Shown: positions 1-8,457, counted from the stretch's first letter. The stretch: DNA of 24,000 nt from an uncultured Acidimicrobiales bacterium (GCA_964632885.1 CAZWDB010000001.1:93462-117461); one strand, 5' to 3'. Notes: generated by a model not told the origin, from the letters alone. Numbers and translations: made by a program.

Positions 1-530
1 CGCTCGACATATTGCGACACGCCGAGCCACGTGACGAAGACGGGTTCGTCGAGCCGCAAGCCGGCGGCGGCGAGCAGGTCAACCGCGCTTTCGCGGCCAA
101 AGTCGACAGCGACATAGTTGACCGGGGGACGGCCGAGGTCCGCCTCGTCCAGTCGCGTGAGCTTCCATGCTTGGGTGGCGGGGTGGTCGACCTCGAAGAA
201 GTCGAGGCCGGCCACGAGGTCGCGATGACGAAGCGCAAAGCTGTCGAGGCCGGCGCCCAGCACGACCACCTGCCGCGTGCCGGCTTTTATCGCCGCCAAC
301 ATCAGATCCTCGGCGAAGCGGTGGCGAAACGCGAAGTACGCACACGCCGCCTCGAGGAACTGTGGAACCTGCGGCCGCATCAAAGCCACCAGTTGGTCGA
401 CGTCGTCGACCCCGACGAGGCGCATCGCGTACTGGTCTTCGTGAATCGTCGGCCCTCCCAACCCGTAGGCGTGGATCGCCCTAAACGCGGCCGTCCCGAT
501 AGCCGTCTGACTGGCCTGTCCCGCCTGCAT
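1..530 (-). CDS. Class I SAM-dependent methyltransferase, leucine-carboxyl-MTase-like / TIGR00027-type; 3' end lies beyond the window
   Basis: Not in the ORF track because it runs off the window. My reverse-strand translation from ATG (528-530) reads MQAGQASQTAIGTAAFRAIHAYGLGGPTIHEDQYAMRLVG...RQVVVLGAGLDSFALRH...FFEVDHPATQAWK...PVFVTWLGVSQYVE. The VVVLGAGLDS and EVDHPxTQxxK motifs are typical of this family. The + strand ORF 12..578 is its antisense shadow. Confidence 0.75.
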   Translation of the reverse strand, partial: MQAGQASQTAIGTAAFRAIHAYGLGGPTIHEDQYAMRLVGVDDVDQLVALMRPQVPQFLEAACAYFAFRHRFAEDLMLAAIKAGTRQVVVLGAGLDSFALRHRDLVAGLDFFEVDHPATQAWKLTRLDEADLGRPPVNYVAVDFGRESAVDLLAAAGLRLDEPVFVTWLGVSQYVE

Positions 531-634
531 TTCCCCAATCCCCTTCCCGGCCGCCCGACGCCGGCCCGCGCCGTCTAACTCGCCCGCGGTGACCGGCAAA
601 CCCTACTGGAGGCGGGCGAACATGCTGCGTTTCG

Positions 635-1465
635 CTATGGCAGCAGCGCGTCAGGTGGGAGCGCGACTATGCCGCTCGCTCCGAGGGTTCGGAGGTCGCC
701 GAGGCGTTGGAAGAGCGAGCCGGCGTCGGTGACGAGGTGGACGGCGACGAGGTCGTCACGGCCGGAGAGCGGCAAGACTGTGGGTGCGGCCAGCCCCGGG
801 AAGAGTTGGGCTAGCTGATCGAGCTTGTCGGGTGCGAGGTGGAGCATCAGGTATCGGTGCTTCCGCGCCGCGAGCGCAGCCTCGAGACGGACTTGTAGGT
901 CGTCGAGGCCCGTGGCGGCCACGAACTCTGCCTCGCAACGCTCGATCTCGGCGATCACGCGCATCCGATTCTGAGCAAGGCTCGTTCCCGTCTCACGCAG
1001 GTCGACAATCGCGTCTGCAAGTCCAGCAGCACAGACACCCTCCAGCGCCCCGCCCATCGTCACGACCTGGACGTCAACGCCCTGAGTATCGAACCATCGA
1101 GACACCGCGCCGGGCAGATGGGTTGCGACCGTCGCACCACCGAGATCTTGCGCGCGCGTCCTCGTATCATCGTCACGAGCGGCGAGCACAAGGTCGCTGC
1201 GCGCAAAGCCCAGACGAGTGCGGGCGAGGTCGTCGAGTTGTTCCTCCAGAACGACGTCGGTCGAGATGAACGCTGCATCGAGGCGGCCCGCGGCCAGCCA
1301 CGATCCTGCGTCGCGGGGCCGCATCTCGATGAACTCCACTCCGTCGACTCGCGCGCGGGCGCCCGCGCCCTTGAAGCCAGACGTGGCGTATCCGGCGTGA
1401 TCCAGCAGCATCAACGTCGCATCCCGAAGACGGCCCTTCGAGGGGACCGCGACCCGTGCACTCAT
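635..1465 (-). CDS. hisG: ATP phosphoribosyltransferase, long form
   Basis: 276 aa. N-terminus VAVPSKGRLRDATLMLL and the central LVDLRETGTSLAQN-type segment (IVDLRETGTSLAQNRM) are HisG hallmarks. Its start overlaps the hisE stop by 4 nt (ATGA, 1462-1465). Confidence 0.9.
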   Translation of the reverse strand: MSARVAVPSKGRLRDATLMLLDHAGYATSGFKGAGARARVDGVEFIEMRPRDAGSWLAAGRLDAAFISTDVVLEEQLDDLARTRLGFARSDLVLAARDDDTRTRAQDLGGATVATHLPGAVSRWFDTQGVDVQVVTMGGALEGVCAAGLADAIVDLRETGTSLAQNRMRVIAEIERCEAEFVAATGLDDLQVRLEAALAARKHRYLMLHLAPDKLDQLAQLFPGLAAPTVLPLSGRDDLVAVHLVTDAGSLFQRLGDLRTLGASGIVALPPDALLP

Positions 1466-1743
1466 CGCCGTTCCTCGAGCACGCGCCCGACGTCGGCGAC
1501 TGCCACATCGACTGAGACCAGTCCCACGAGCAGATGGAAGAGCAGGTCCGCGGCCTCCTCCGCCACCCGCTCCTTGTCGGTCACGGGTCGGCCCAGCTCG
1601 AGGCAGATCTCGAAGGCTTCCTCCATGACCTTCCTGAGCAAGTGCTCGCGGTCGGCGAATAGTTCGGCCGAGTAGGAGCCGGCGGGTCGCTCATCGCGGC
1701 GCGATCGCAGTAGTTCTTCGAGTTCGGAGAGAGTTTCGTCCAC
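1462..1743 (-). CDS. hisE: Phosphoribosyl-ATP pyrophosphatase
   Basis: 93 aa. The RPAGSYSAELF...KVMEEAFE...EEAADLLFHLLV pattern is typical of HisE (MazG-like). It is translationally coupled to hisG, the usual actinobacterial hisE-hisG order. Confidence 0.9.
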   Translation of the reverse strand: MDETLSELEELLRSRRDERPAGSYSAELFADREHLLRKVMEEAFEICLELGRPVTDKERVAEEAADLLFHLLVGLVSVDVAVADVGRVLEERR

Positions 1744-1833
1744 GGCAACATGATCGCCGCCGAGTCGGGCACCGCCTGGTCGATTTGTTGTGGGCGAGGC
1801 CGCGCCGGCGGTTGCGTGTCACGATTTCGGGGC

Positions 1834-2595
1834 ATGGTCTTCGAGGATCGAGCTCGGGCGGCTTCCTTCGGCGATGACGCCGCCCGATACGACCGAGCCC
1901 GCCCGGGTTACCCCTCCCAGCTGTTCGATGACTTCTTGCCCGACGAGAAGTGCAGCGTCCTTGATGTCGGATGTGGAACCGGGATCGTCGCACGCCTTCT
2001 CGTTGCCCGCGGCTGCTCGGTGATCGGTGTGGAGCCTGATGATCGCATGGCGGACGTCGCCAGAGGGCATGGACTAACGGTCGAGGTCTCGGCGTTCGAG
2101 GACTGGGACAGCGAGGGCCGGACCTTCGATGCAATGACCGCGGGACAGTCTTGGCACTGGGTGAATCCGGCTCGTGGTGCCGAGAAGGCCGCGGCCGTTC
2201 TTCGACCGGGTGGCCGGGTAGGCCTCTTTTGGAACGGTCTCCGCCATCACCCCGCAGTTGCCGCCGGCTTCGACCGGATCTACTCCCGTGTCGCTCCCCA
2301 CTTGCTGGTCGAGTCGGTCGCGCTGGGGACCGTCGGTCCCTCGGGGGAGCCGGATGAGCCGGCCTTCAGACAGGTGGGTGCGTTCACGCGTCTGGAGAGG
2401 CGCTCCTACTCCTGGCAGAAGTCGTACACCACGGAGGAGTGGTTGGACGAGCTTCCAACCCATAGTGGACACCGCGTGCTTCCTCCCGACGTGCTCGCTA
2501 CCGTTCTCGCCGACGTAGGCGGGCTGATCGAGGGACTCGGCGGTGAGATCGTGGTCGAGTACACGACGGCAGGACTGTTCGGCGAGCGTAGGTGA
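1834..2595 (+). CDS. Class I SAM-dependent methyltransferase
   Basis: SAM-binding motif I VLDVGCGTGIVARLL, followed by VIGVEPDDRM. I prefer ATG 1834 (MVFEDRA...) to the ORF-track start 1750, which would leave only 6 bp to the divergent hisE start. Confidence 0.8.
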   Translation: MVFEDRARAASFGDDAARYDRARPGYPSQLFDDFLPDEKCSVLDVGCGTGIVARLLVARGCSVIGVEPDDRMADVARGHGLTVEVSAFEDWDSEGRTFDAMTAGQSWHWVNPARGAEKAAAVLRPGGRVGLFWNGLRHHPAVAAGFDRIYSRVAPHLLVESVALGTVGPSGEPDEPAFRQVGAFTRLERRSYSWQKSYTTEEWLDELPTHSGHRVLPPDVLATVLADVGGLIEGLGGEIVVEYTTAGLFGERR

Positions 2596-2636
2596 CATCG
2601 GTCCGACCAGAGCGCGGCCGGTGACATGCTGAGCCG

Positions 2637-3065
2637 GTGGCTCTAACCGACGCTCAGCAGACATTCATCCGCAACCATCCGGCGGCCGCGATGATCACGG
2701 TCGGGAGGGATGGCTTCCCGAAACCAGCGCGTGTCGCGGTTGCGGTGCTCGACGGGCGGCTACTGAGCAGCGGCACCGTCGACCGGGTTCGGACGCGCCG
2801 CCTTCGGCGTGACCCGAGATGCAGCTTGTTCCACTTCGATGCGGGCTACCAGTGGCTTGGCCTCGACACGAACGTGACGCTCGTCGAGGGCCCGATCGCG
2901 ATCGACCTCAGCGTGCAGATGTTCCGCGCCGTGCAGGGCAAGCCGGACGGCAAGCTCTCGTGGTTCGGCGCAGAACACGACGAGGCCGCGTTCCGGGAGC
3001 TGTTGGTGCAGGAGGGGAGGCTTCTGTACGAGTTCGAGGTCGTACGTGCCTACGGGATGGCGTGA
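2637..3065 (+). CDS. PPOX-class (pyridoxamine 5'-phosphate oxidase-like) probable F420-dependent oxidoreductase
   Basis: 142 aa with a GTG start. FIRNHPAAAMITVGRDGFPKPARVAV and RTRRLRRDPRCSL match the split-barrel PPOX/F420 family pattern. Confidence 0.7.
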   Translation: MALTDAQQTFIRNHPAAAMITVGRDGFPKPARVAVAVLDGRLLSSGTVDRVRTRRLRRDPRCSLFHFDAGYQWLGLDTNVTLVEGPIAIDLSVQMFRAVQGKPDGKLSWFGAEHDEAAFRELLVQEGRLLYEFEVVRAYGMA

Positions 3066-3072
3066 TCGAGTG

Positions 3073-3642
3073 CTATCCCCGGGCTGACGATTCCGGTGCA
3101 GGAACGCGCCAGTAGCGGCCGTGGTCGCGCTTGAGGTAGCCGTGGTCGATGAGGAGGCGGCGGAGGAGTGCCCAGTCGCTGTACCAGCCGTAGAGGATGG
3201 TGTTCACCTCACGCTCGGAGTACACCTCGTCTGGTTGAAAGTCCTCGGCGATCACGTCTAGGAACACCCTGACCGCCCAGGGTTCTGATGGCATCGCGAC
3301 GAGGCGGTTTCGGTACAGGTAGCGCCGCGCAAGCTGGGTGTGTTGGTCGTTGAGAGCTCCAACCCGCAACGTGGCGGCATCTCGGACTGACCGGGCGAAG
3401 ACATCACCATCTAGGGAGTACACACCGTCGTGGTTCTCGATGAGCCGGGCCGCCTCGAGACGCGCTAGATGTTCAAGGATCGCTCGTGGTGACGCCTCGA
3501 CGGCCGCGATCAGGTCGTCCGTCGTGCGGTCTTTCTCGTCGAGGACGGCAATTATGTGACGCCGGTGCGGGTCGGCGAGCAACCCCACGATCTCCTCCGG
3601 GGCAGGCGCGCGATCTGGAAGGCGTGCGGGAGGGCCAGGCAT
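3073..3642 (-). CDS. ArsR-like winged-HTH + DUF2087 domain protein
   Basis: N-terminal LLADPHRRHIIAVLDEKDRTTDDLIAAVEASPRAILEHLARLEAARLI is an ArsR-type wHTH. C-terminal FQPDEVYSEREVNTILYGWYSDWALLRRLLIDHGYLKRDHGRYWR is the DUF2087 pattern. Confidence 0.7.
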   Translation of the reverse strand: MPGPPARLPDRAPAPEEIVGLLADPHRRHIIAVLDEKDRTTDDLIAAVEASPRAILEHLARLEAARLIENHDGVYSLDGDVFARSVRDAATLRVGALNDQHTQLARRYLYRNRLVAMPSEPWAVRVFLDVIAEDFQPDEVYSEREVNTILYGWYSDWALLRRLLIDHGYLKRDHGRYWRVPAPESSARG

Positions 3643-3690
3643 GGGAGAAGGTTAACCCTCTATAACGTAGGATGACGTATCTTTTCGCGT

Positions 3691-4122
3691 ATGGACGAGA
3701 AGCTCATCTTCTATACGTCGGCGGAGGTCGCCGAGATGCTGCGGCTCCACGTCCAGGTGGTGCAACGGAAGCTGCAGGCAGGTGAGATACCCGCCTACCG
3801 GATCGGAAAGGAGTGGCGCGTCGAGCGCGGCCAACTACTCGAGTGGCTCGAAGAACACTCGAACCAGCGCGCCCGACCACTCGCGAATCGATGGTTCGAT
3901 CGGGAAGGCCGCCTCAAGGCGATGCCGTCGCAACGAGCGAAGCGGCGCGCGGTTCTTGAACGCATCGGCGAACGATTCGAGCCGGGCCGGGCCTACCCCG
4001 AACGAGAGGTCAACGCCGTGCTCCGCCTCGTGTTCGACGACACCGCTTACCTACGTCGGGAACTAGTGGCTGAACGGATCCTCCGGCGGAGCAAGGGCGT
4101 CTACCACCGCCCGCTCGGATGA
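3691..4122 (+). CDS. Excisionase/MerR-type HTH + DUF2087 domain protein
   Basis: N-terminal YTSAEVAEMLRLHVQVVQRKLQAGEIPAYRIGKEWRV is the Xis-family HTH_17 pattern. C-terminal FEPGRAYPEREVNAVLRLVFDDTAYLRRELVAERILRRSKGVYHR is DUF2087 and paralogous to the divergent neighbour. Confidence 0.7.
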   Translation: MDEKLIFYTSAEVAEMLRLHVQVVQRKLQAGEIPAYRIGKEWRVERGQLLEWLEEHSNQRARPLANRWFDREGRLKAMPSQRAKRRAVLERIGERFEPGRAYPEREVNAVLRLVFDDTAYLRRELVAERILRRSKGVYHRPLG

Positions 4123-4138
4123 CGGTCGCTCGGTCGAG

Positions 4139-6328
4139 GTGGCTGAGCCCCCGGTACCGGCATATCGTGCCCCCATGGCGATCGCGATTTCCGATGACCA
4201 CCGGGCCCTGGCGAGCACCGCCGCGGAGTTCCTTCTGAAGCGAGAGGCGCGCCGCTCGTCTCGTGAGCTCCTGGAGGCCGAGACCGAGCCGTTGCCGCCG
4301 ATGTGGGATGACGTGATCAACCTCGGCTGGCTGGGCCTCCACTTGCCGGAAGAGTACGGAGGCTCTGGGTACGGGATCGAGGAGCTCGTCGTGGTGGTCG
4401 AGGAGCTGTCGAAGGCGGTCGCACCGGGTCCGTTCGTACCCACCGTGATCGCGAGCGCGGTGATCGCCGCCAAGGCGGACGAGGCCACCAAGAAGCGACT
4501 TCTTCCGGGTTTTGCGGCCGGAGAACTTACCGGCGCAGTTTCACTCGAAGGATCGGTGTCGGTGAAGGGAGGGTCCGCTTCTGGCGATGCGGGCGTCGTG
4601 CTTGGCGGCGGTCTCGCCAAGGTCTTCCTGGTGGCGGCGGGCGACGACGTGGTGGTTGTAGAGGCGGGCGAGGGGGTCGCGGTCGACGTCCCGCGCAACA
4701 TGGACCCGACCCGTCGAAGCGCGCGAGTCATGCTCGACAAGGCACCGGCCACCGTGATTCCGGGCGGTCACCGCCTCTTGGTCGACCTTGCCCGAGTGAT
4801 CCTGTCTGCGGACGCGGTCGGTCTCGCCCGCGAGTGCACCGACATGGCGGCCGGATACGCGAAGGAGCGTCTCCAGTTCGGTCGAGTGATCGGCACGTAT
4901 CAGGCTGTCAAGCACCACTGCGCCAACATGGCTGTCGCGACCGAACTCGCAACGTCCGCCGTGTGGGACGCGGCGCGCGCCGCGGCGACGGGCGGCGACC
5001 AGTTCACCTACGCCGCGGCAGTCGCCGCGACCCTCTCGGCTCCCGCGGCCGACCTCTGCGCCAACCTCAACACTCAGGTGCACGGCGGCATCGGCATGAC
5101 CTGGGAGCACGACGCCCATCTCTTCATGCGGCGGGCGACCAGCCTGCTCGGCTTCCTCAACCCAGCGAGCGCGGCCGCCGAAGTCACCGACCTCGCACGG
5201 CGCGGAGTGGAGCGGGCCCGTGCGGTTGAGCTGCCGCCGGAGGCCGAGGCGATCCGCAGCGAGGTCCGTACGTTCGCGGAGCGCATCAAGGACCTGACGG
5301 CCGATGAGCAGCGGGCGGAGCTCATTGAGACCGGCTACGTCAACCCCGCCTGGCCGCGTCCCTACGGTCGGGAGGCCGGCGCGGTCGAGCAGCTCGTGAT
5401 CGAGCAGGAGTTCGACACGGCAGGCATCCGCCGGCCCGGATACGGCATCACGGGCTGGGTGATCCTCACGCTGATCCAATACGGCACCGACGACCAGATC
5501 GCCCGTTGGGTCAAGCCGGCCCTGAACCAGGAACTGACCTGGTGTCAGCTGTTCAGCGAGCCCGACGCGGGCTCTGACGCGGCCGGCATCAAAACCCGCG
5601 CGAAGCGCGTCGACGGCGGCTGGTTGGTCAACGGCCAGAAGGTCTGGACGAGCGGCGCCCACGTCGCCGGCATGGGCTTCGCGACCGTCCGCACCGATCC
5701 TGACAAGCCCAAGCACGACGGCATCACGATGATGGTGATCGACATGCATGCCGAAGGGGTCGAGGTGCGGCCGCTGCGACAGACGTCGGGCCAGGCCTCG
5801 TTCAACGAGGTCTTCTTCAATGATGTCTTCGTGCCTGACGACGACGTCGTCGGACCAGTGGACGGAGGTTGGACCGTGGCCCGGGCGACGCTCGGCAACG
5901 AGAGCGTGAGCATCGGAGGCGGTCGGGGCGGCATGACCGCACAGGCCGCCACGATGATCAAGAATTTCGACGCCCAGCCCGATCGCCTGGTTGGTGGTGC
6001 CACCCGGATCGGTCGCTACATCGCGGGCAACCAAGCACTCGGACTGCTCAACCTGCGCAGCGCGCACCGCGCCGTTGCAGGAACCGAGCCCGGACCGGAG
6101 GGCGCGATCACCAAGCTCGTCTCCTCTGAGCTCGGACACGAAGCCGCCGCGATACTGACCGAGCTCAACGGCACCGCGGCCGCCTTCATGGACGGCCCCA
6201 GTGCGACGAGCAACGGGCTCGTGCTCATGCACCGCGGCATGTCGATCGCGGGCGGCACATCCGAGATCAAGCGCAACCAGATCGGCGAGCGCATCCTCGG
6301 CCTACCTCGGGACCCGCTCATCAACTAG
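4139..6328 (+). CDS. Fused two-module acyl-CoA dehydrogenase
   Basis: 729 aa with two ACAD-like halves. The first carries YAKERLQFGRVIGTYQAVKH and VHGGIGMTWEHDAHLFMRRA. The second carries CQLFSEPDAGSDAAGIKTRA, WLVNGQKVWTSGA and the C-terminal IAGGTSEIKRNQIGERILGLP. Start is uncertain: GTG 4139 or ATG 4175. Confidence 0.85.
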   Translation: MAEPPVPAYRAPMAIAISDDHRALASTAAEFLLKREARRSSRELLEAETEPLPPMWDDVINLGWLGLHLPEEYGGSGYGIEELVVVVEELSKAVAPGPFVPTVIASAVIAAKADEATKKRLLPGFAAGELTGAVSLEGSVSVKGGSASGDAGVVLGGGLAKVFLVAAGDDVVVVEAGEGVAVDVPRNMDPTRRSARVMLDKAPATVIPGGHRLLVDLARVILSADAVGLARECTDMAAGYAKERLQFGRVIGTYQAVKHHCANMAVATELATSAVWDAARAAATGGDQFTYAAAVAATLSAPAADLCANLNTQVHGGIGMTWEHDAHLFMRRATSLLGFLNPASAAAEVTDLARRGVERARAVELPPEAEAIRSEVRTFAERIKDLTADEQRAELIETGYVNPAWPRPYGREAGAVEQLVIEQEFDTAGIRRPGYGITGWVILTLIQYGTDDQIARWVKPALNQELTWCQLFSEPDAGSDAAGIKTRAKRVDGGWLVNGQKVWTSGAHVAGMGFATVRTDPDKPKHDGITMMVIDMHAEGVEVRPLRQTSGQASFNEVFFNDVFVPDDDVVGPVDGGWTVARATLGNESVSIGGGRGGMTAQAATMIKNFDAQPDRLVGGATRIGRYIAGNQALGLLNLRSAHRAVAGTEPGPEGAITKLVSSELGHEAAAILTELNGTAAAFMDGPSATSNGLVLMHRGMSIAGGTSEIKRNQIGERILGLPRDPLIN

Positions 6329-6365
6329 CTAAGCTAGCTACAGCTAGGTGAAGCTAGCGGGCTAC
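6323..6365. repeat. Phased CTAG / AGCTAG array filling a convergent intergenic gap
   Basis: aaCTAGctaagCTAGctacagCTAGgtgaagCTAGcgggCTAc. CTAG occurs at 6325, 6334, 6344 and 6354. It includes both flanking stop codons (TAG 6326-6328 on +; TAG on - at 6362-6364). Confidence 0.6.
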
Positions 6366-6736
6366 TTCGGAACCATCTGGGCAGCGAACGTCTGCACGGC
6401 GATCTTGCCGTCTTGGACGACGAATGTGTCGGTGCCCATGGGGATCTGATGGGATGCAGTGTCAGCGTGCCAGGCTATAAACGCCACATGTCCGGTGACC
6501 TCGGTGTTGTCGAGCTCGAACTCGTAAGTGCCCGGCTCGAAGATCCCGCTGAAGAAGCCCTTCAATGCCTCGCGGATCGCGGCTCTTCCCACGACCTGGC
6601 CGCCTTGGGTGATGAGCACCGATTCGTCGTCGTAGTCCTTCGCTGCCTCGTCAGCATCCCCCGCGCCGAAGGCCTGGAGGTGGTGGTTCAATACTTCTTC
6701 CGTCGCCACACTCGGGCGCAGGTTGGTCGTTGCCAT
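6362..6736 (-). CDS. SnoaL-like / NTF2-fold protein
   Basis: 124 aa. The layout (HHLQAFGAGDADEAAKDYDDESVL...GRAAIREAL...FIAWHADT...DTFVVQDGKI) fits SnoaL-like small proteins. A strong SD (AAGGAGAG) lies 8 nt upstream of the ATG. Confidence 0.7.
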   Translation of the reverse strand: MATTNLRPSVATEEVLNHHLQAFGAGDADEAAKDYDDESVLITQGGQVVGRAAIREALKGFFSGIFEPGTYEFELDNTEVTGHVAFIAWHADTASHQIPMGTDTFVVQDGKIAVQTFAAQMVPK

Positions 6737-6996
6737 GTGAAACTCTCCTTAGAACAGGCGGCTTGGCGCCAGGGCAAGGATTTGCGTTCCTTGGCCAGCC
6801 AGGTAGGTGACCGAGAGGGCACAGACGTGGGCCGGTAGGAAGGTTCCGCCTCGCCGCCCACTGTGCACTGGCAAGGGCACCTCCACAAGGATGGACGGAG
6901 CATTTCCGGCCAATGGCGCGAGCTAACGGTGTCGGTTGTCGCGATCGGACAGGTTCTTCTAGTCAATACGACTACTGGAGTCCGGTACTTGTGCCC

Positions 6997-8457
6997 TCAA
7001 CTTGTGACGGGGGTGAGCTCGTCCTGAGCCATGCGGATGCGCGCCCGCTCGAGGTCGGCGTCGAAGTGGATGAGTTTGGGCCCACCGTCTTCGTTCGACC
7101 ACGGCTCCCACTCGGGCACTCCGGCCTGGGGCGATGGTGCGCCGGTGTGAGCAAAGTTGCGGAGGTAGCCCATCATCGCCGCAGCCAGGGCTTCGCGGCC
7201 CGGGCGGTTTTCCTCGGAGTAGCGGCCGTCGCCGTTGGCGCTGGTGCGGCCACCGCCGTGCAGGAAGAACGCGATGTCCATCCCGTGGGCGGCGCCTAGT
7301 TGCCAGTTGAGGGGCTCGGGGAGGGGGCTCGGGTGATCGCCGCCATCCCATCCCCACAGGAACTCATAGCCGTAGACCGGTGGCTGATCCGCGTTGGAGC
7401 GGAGCCGGCGGAGGAGGTCGTCGCAGCCGGTCGCGCGCTTGTCGAGGCTTGCCTGACGGGCCATGGCCTCGTATCGCTCGCGGTCATCGAAGAGCTCGCG
7501 GCGACGACTGAGCTGGAACTTGGCTTCCTCCTTGTTCATGCCGATTATCGCGGGCACCTTGTTCGGGTAGGTCCCGTCGTCGAGCGCGCCGAAGCCGGCG
7601 GGGTGGATGACGGCTCCGTCGCGGTAGCCGGCGAAGAAGCGGACCGATCGAGCGGCCGCAGACAGGTCTTCGGGCGAGGTCTGGCGTAGGAAGGCGGCGA
7701 TGTCTCCGTCGGAGCGAGGACGGGTCGTGCCGTTGCGCTCGAGCAGCGCGGTGAGGATGGCCTCGCCCCGTTCGTCGGCCTCCGCCATGGTGTGGGTGTC
7801 CTGCCGGCCGCTCTGAGCCATCGCCTTGTGGAACAGGCCGGTCGCCGCGGGCGAGATCAGCAGCGACAGAGTGTTGTATGCGCCAGCAGACTCGCCCGTG
7901 ACGAGCACATTGTCGGGGTCACCACCAAAAGCCAGGATGTTGGCCTGGATCCACTGCAACCCCTTGATGATGTCGAGCGTGCCGTAGTTCCCCGAGTCGT
8001 CCAGAGGGTCGCGACCCTCCCGTTGGGTCGGATGGGTGAACCATCCGAGATTGTTGAGGCGGTACGGCACGGTCACGACGACGACGTCGGAGCGGGCCGC
8101 GAGCAGCGAGCCGGGCGTTTGAGGTAGCGACGGCATCTGCACCTGGTTGCCGCCGCCGGGGATCCACACGTACACGGGGAGGCCTTCGCGTCCGTGGGCG
8201 GGACGCCACACATTGAGATAGAGGCAATCCTCCGATGCTCCCGGCACACGGAACTGCCATGGCACCGGGGCGTACTCGCGTGCCTCGCGCACGCCGTCCC
8301 ACGGTGCCGGATCTCGCGGCGCCTTCCAGCGGCGGTCGCCCACGGGCGGCGCCGCGAACGGGATGCCCCGCCACGAGAGCGTGTCGTGGCGGTCGTCGAT
8401 CCCCTGCAGCCGGCCCGTGGTGACGGTGACCTTGGATGCGAAGCGTGTGTCCCCCAT
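6997..8457 (-). CDS. Type-B carboxylesterase/lipase family protein
   Basis: WRGIPFAAPPVGDRRWKAP, EDCLYLNVWRP, VYVWIPGGGN (oxyanion hole) and the nucleophile elbow VTGESAGA. I prefer ATG 8457 (MGDTRF...) to ORF-track start 8598, which would overlap the divergent DUF1697 gene. Confidence 0.85.
   Translation of the reverse strand: MGDTRFASKVTVTTGRLQGIDDRHDTLSWRGIPFAAPPVGDRRWKAPRDPAPWDGVREAREYAPVPWQFRVPGASEDCLYLNVWRPAHGREGLPVYVWIPGGGNQVQMPSLPQTPGSLLAARSDVVVVTVPYRLNNLGWFTHPTQREGRDPLDDSGNYGTLDIIKGLQWIQANILAFGGDPDNVLVTGESAGAYNTLSLLISPAATGLFHKAMAQSGRQDTHTMAEADERGEAILTALLERNGTTRPRSDGDIAAFLRQTSPEDLSAAARSVRFFAGYRDGAVIHPAGFGALDDGTYPNKVPAIIGMNKEEAKFQLSRRRELFDDRERYEAMARQASLDKRATGCDDLLRRLRSNADQPPVYGYEFLWGWDGGDHPSPLPEPLNWQLGAAHGMDIAFFLHGGGRTSANGDGRYSEENRPGREALAAAMMGYLRNFAHTGAPSPQAGVPEWEPWSNEDGGPKLIHFDADLERARIRMAQDELTPVTS

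Noticed and set aside
12-578. 188-aa + strand ORF at the window start
   Set aside because: Its sequence is low-complexity and Arg/Gly-rich with no motifs. The opposite strand encodes a clean SAM-methyltransferase (VVVLGAGLDS, EVDHP) that runs off the window, so this ORF is a high-GC antisense shadow.
582-618. Inverted repeat CGCCCGC ... GCGGGCG downstream of hisG as a terminator
   Set aside because: The stem is 7 bp with a roughly 23-nt loop and no U-tract. That is too weak to call, and such GC dyads are frequent by chance at this base composition.
4541-6232. 563-aa minus-strand ORF inside the ACAD gene. Similar long antisense ORFs occur at 8468..9187, 9609..10562, 12284..13486, 13689..14471 and 17948..18895.
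   Set aside because: All lie opposite genes with strong family motifs, are Arg/Gly/Pro/His-rich with no recognisable domains, and are the usual stop-codon-poor antisense frames of GC-rich DNA.
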